A DNA stretch of 53,762 nucleotides from Flavobacteriales bacterium (GTDB taxonomy: Bacteria; Bacteroidota; Bacteroidia; Flavobacteriales_D; JAHECK01), in NCBI GenBank assembly GCA_030591505.1, contig JAUVAY010000001.1:1-53762 (forward strand). Reading direction: 5' to 3'. This document shows positions 53,640-53,762 of the stretch, piece after piece. Position 1 is the first letter of the stretch. Every line of letters starts with the position of its first letter. The position numbers and the translations under genes were made by a program. The notes beneath the pieces were generated by a model. It saw nothing but the letters and a program-made list of their open reading frames with translations. It did not search any database and was not told the DNA's origin.

Positions 53640-53762
53640 TTACTTGATCACCATACGAAGTGTACGGTAATAATTAGCTTCAGTATTTGTCATTTTAACT
53701 AAGTAAACACCTGTGTTTACATCTGTAGAGTTGATCACTGAACGCGCATTAGCATTCAATTG
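53640..53762 (-). CDS. C-terminal end of another T9SS type A sorting domain protein (5' part outside the window)
   Basis: My own translation gives QLNANARSVINSTDVNTGVYLVKMTNTEANYYRTLRMVIK*, which matches the Por-secretion tail pattern. Confidence 0.6.
   Translation of the reverse strand, partial: QLNANARSVINSTDVNTGVYLVKMTNTEANYYRTLRMVIK

Overview
AT-rich chromosomal segment from a gliding-type Bacteroidota bacterium, probably flavobacterial or cytophagal. The assignment rests on T9SS type A and type B sorting domains, PorP/SprF genes, SprB-type repeats and TAnnTTTG promoter boxes. It is mostly core and accessory metabolism, with no integrase, transposase, CRISPR or phage genes.

Main blocks:
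(1) 3.4-8.6 kb: a tightly packed 10-gene minus-strand sulfide/persulfide-handling operon. It encodes an MBL-rhodanese persulfide dioxygenase, two further rhodaneses, a split YeeE/YedE pair, DUF2892, DUF2141, a DUF3365 haem protein and two thioredoxins. A separate TauE/SafE exporter and a Crp/Fnr regulator lie at 12.1-13.7 kb.
(2) 13.7-24.9 kb: two tandem 'type B CTD cargo + PorP/SprF' pairs, including an 8.25 kb gene for a 2750 aa SprB-repeat adhesin.
(3) 25.1-29.3 kb: an OmpR-type two-component pair, a decayed MscS pseudogene, and an orphan Hpt + sigma-54 NtrC-type regulator.
(4) 29.5-31.3 kb: tRNA-Arg(TCG) followed by a small islet with a class II Fic gene and a truncated FRG gene.
(5) 31.3-36.9 kb: an envelope-lipid module (polytopic membrane protein, GDPD, DagK-like kinase, LtaS-family transferase).
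(6) 37-53.7 kb: housekeeping genes (TonB receptor, kbl, dcp, holB, 3-HAO), three T9SS type A cargo genes and tRNA-Arg(CCT).

Most noteworthy non-genic signals:
- An identical operator/promoter module (GTAAC-N4-GTTAC, 22 nt, TAnnTTTG) in front of both sulfur transcription units, next to the Crp/Fnr gene.
- A (CAGTTGT)x11.9 heptanucleotide array abutting tRNA-Arg(CCT).
- A helically phased array of CGTATCA boxes upstream of fic.
- Several short dispersed intergenic repeat families.

All product calls come from motif recognition by eye. No searches were run.
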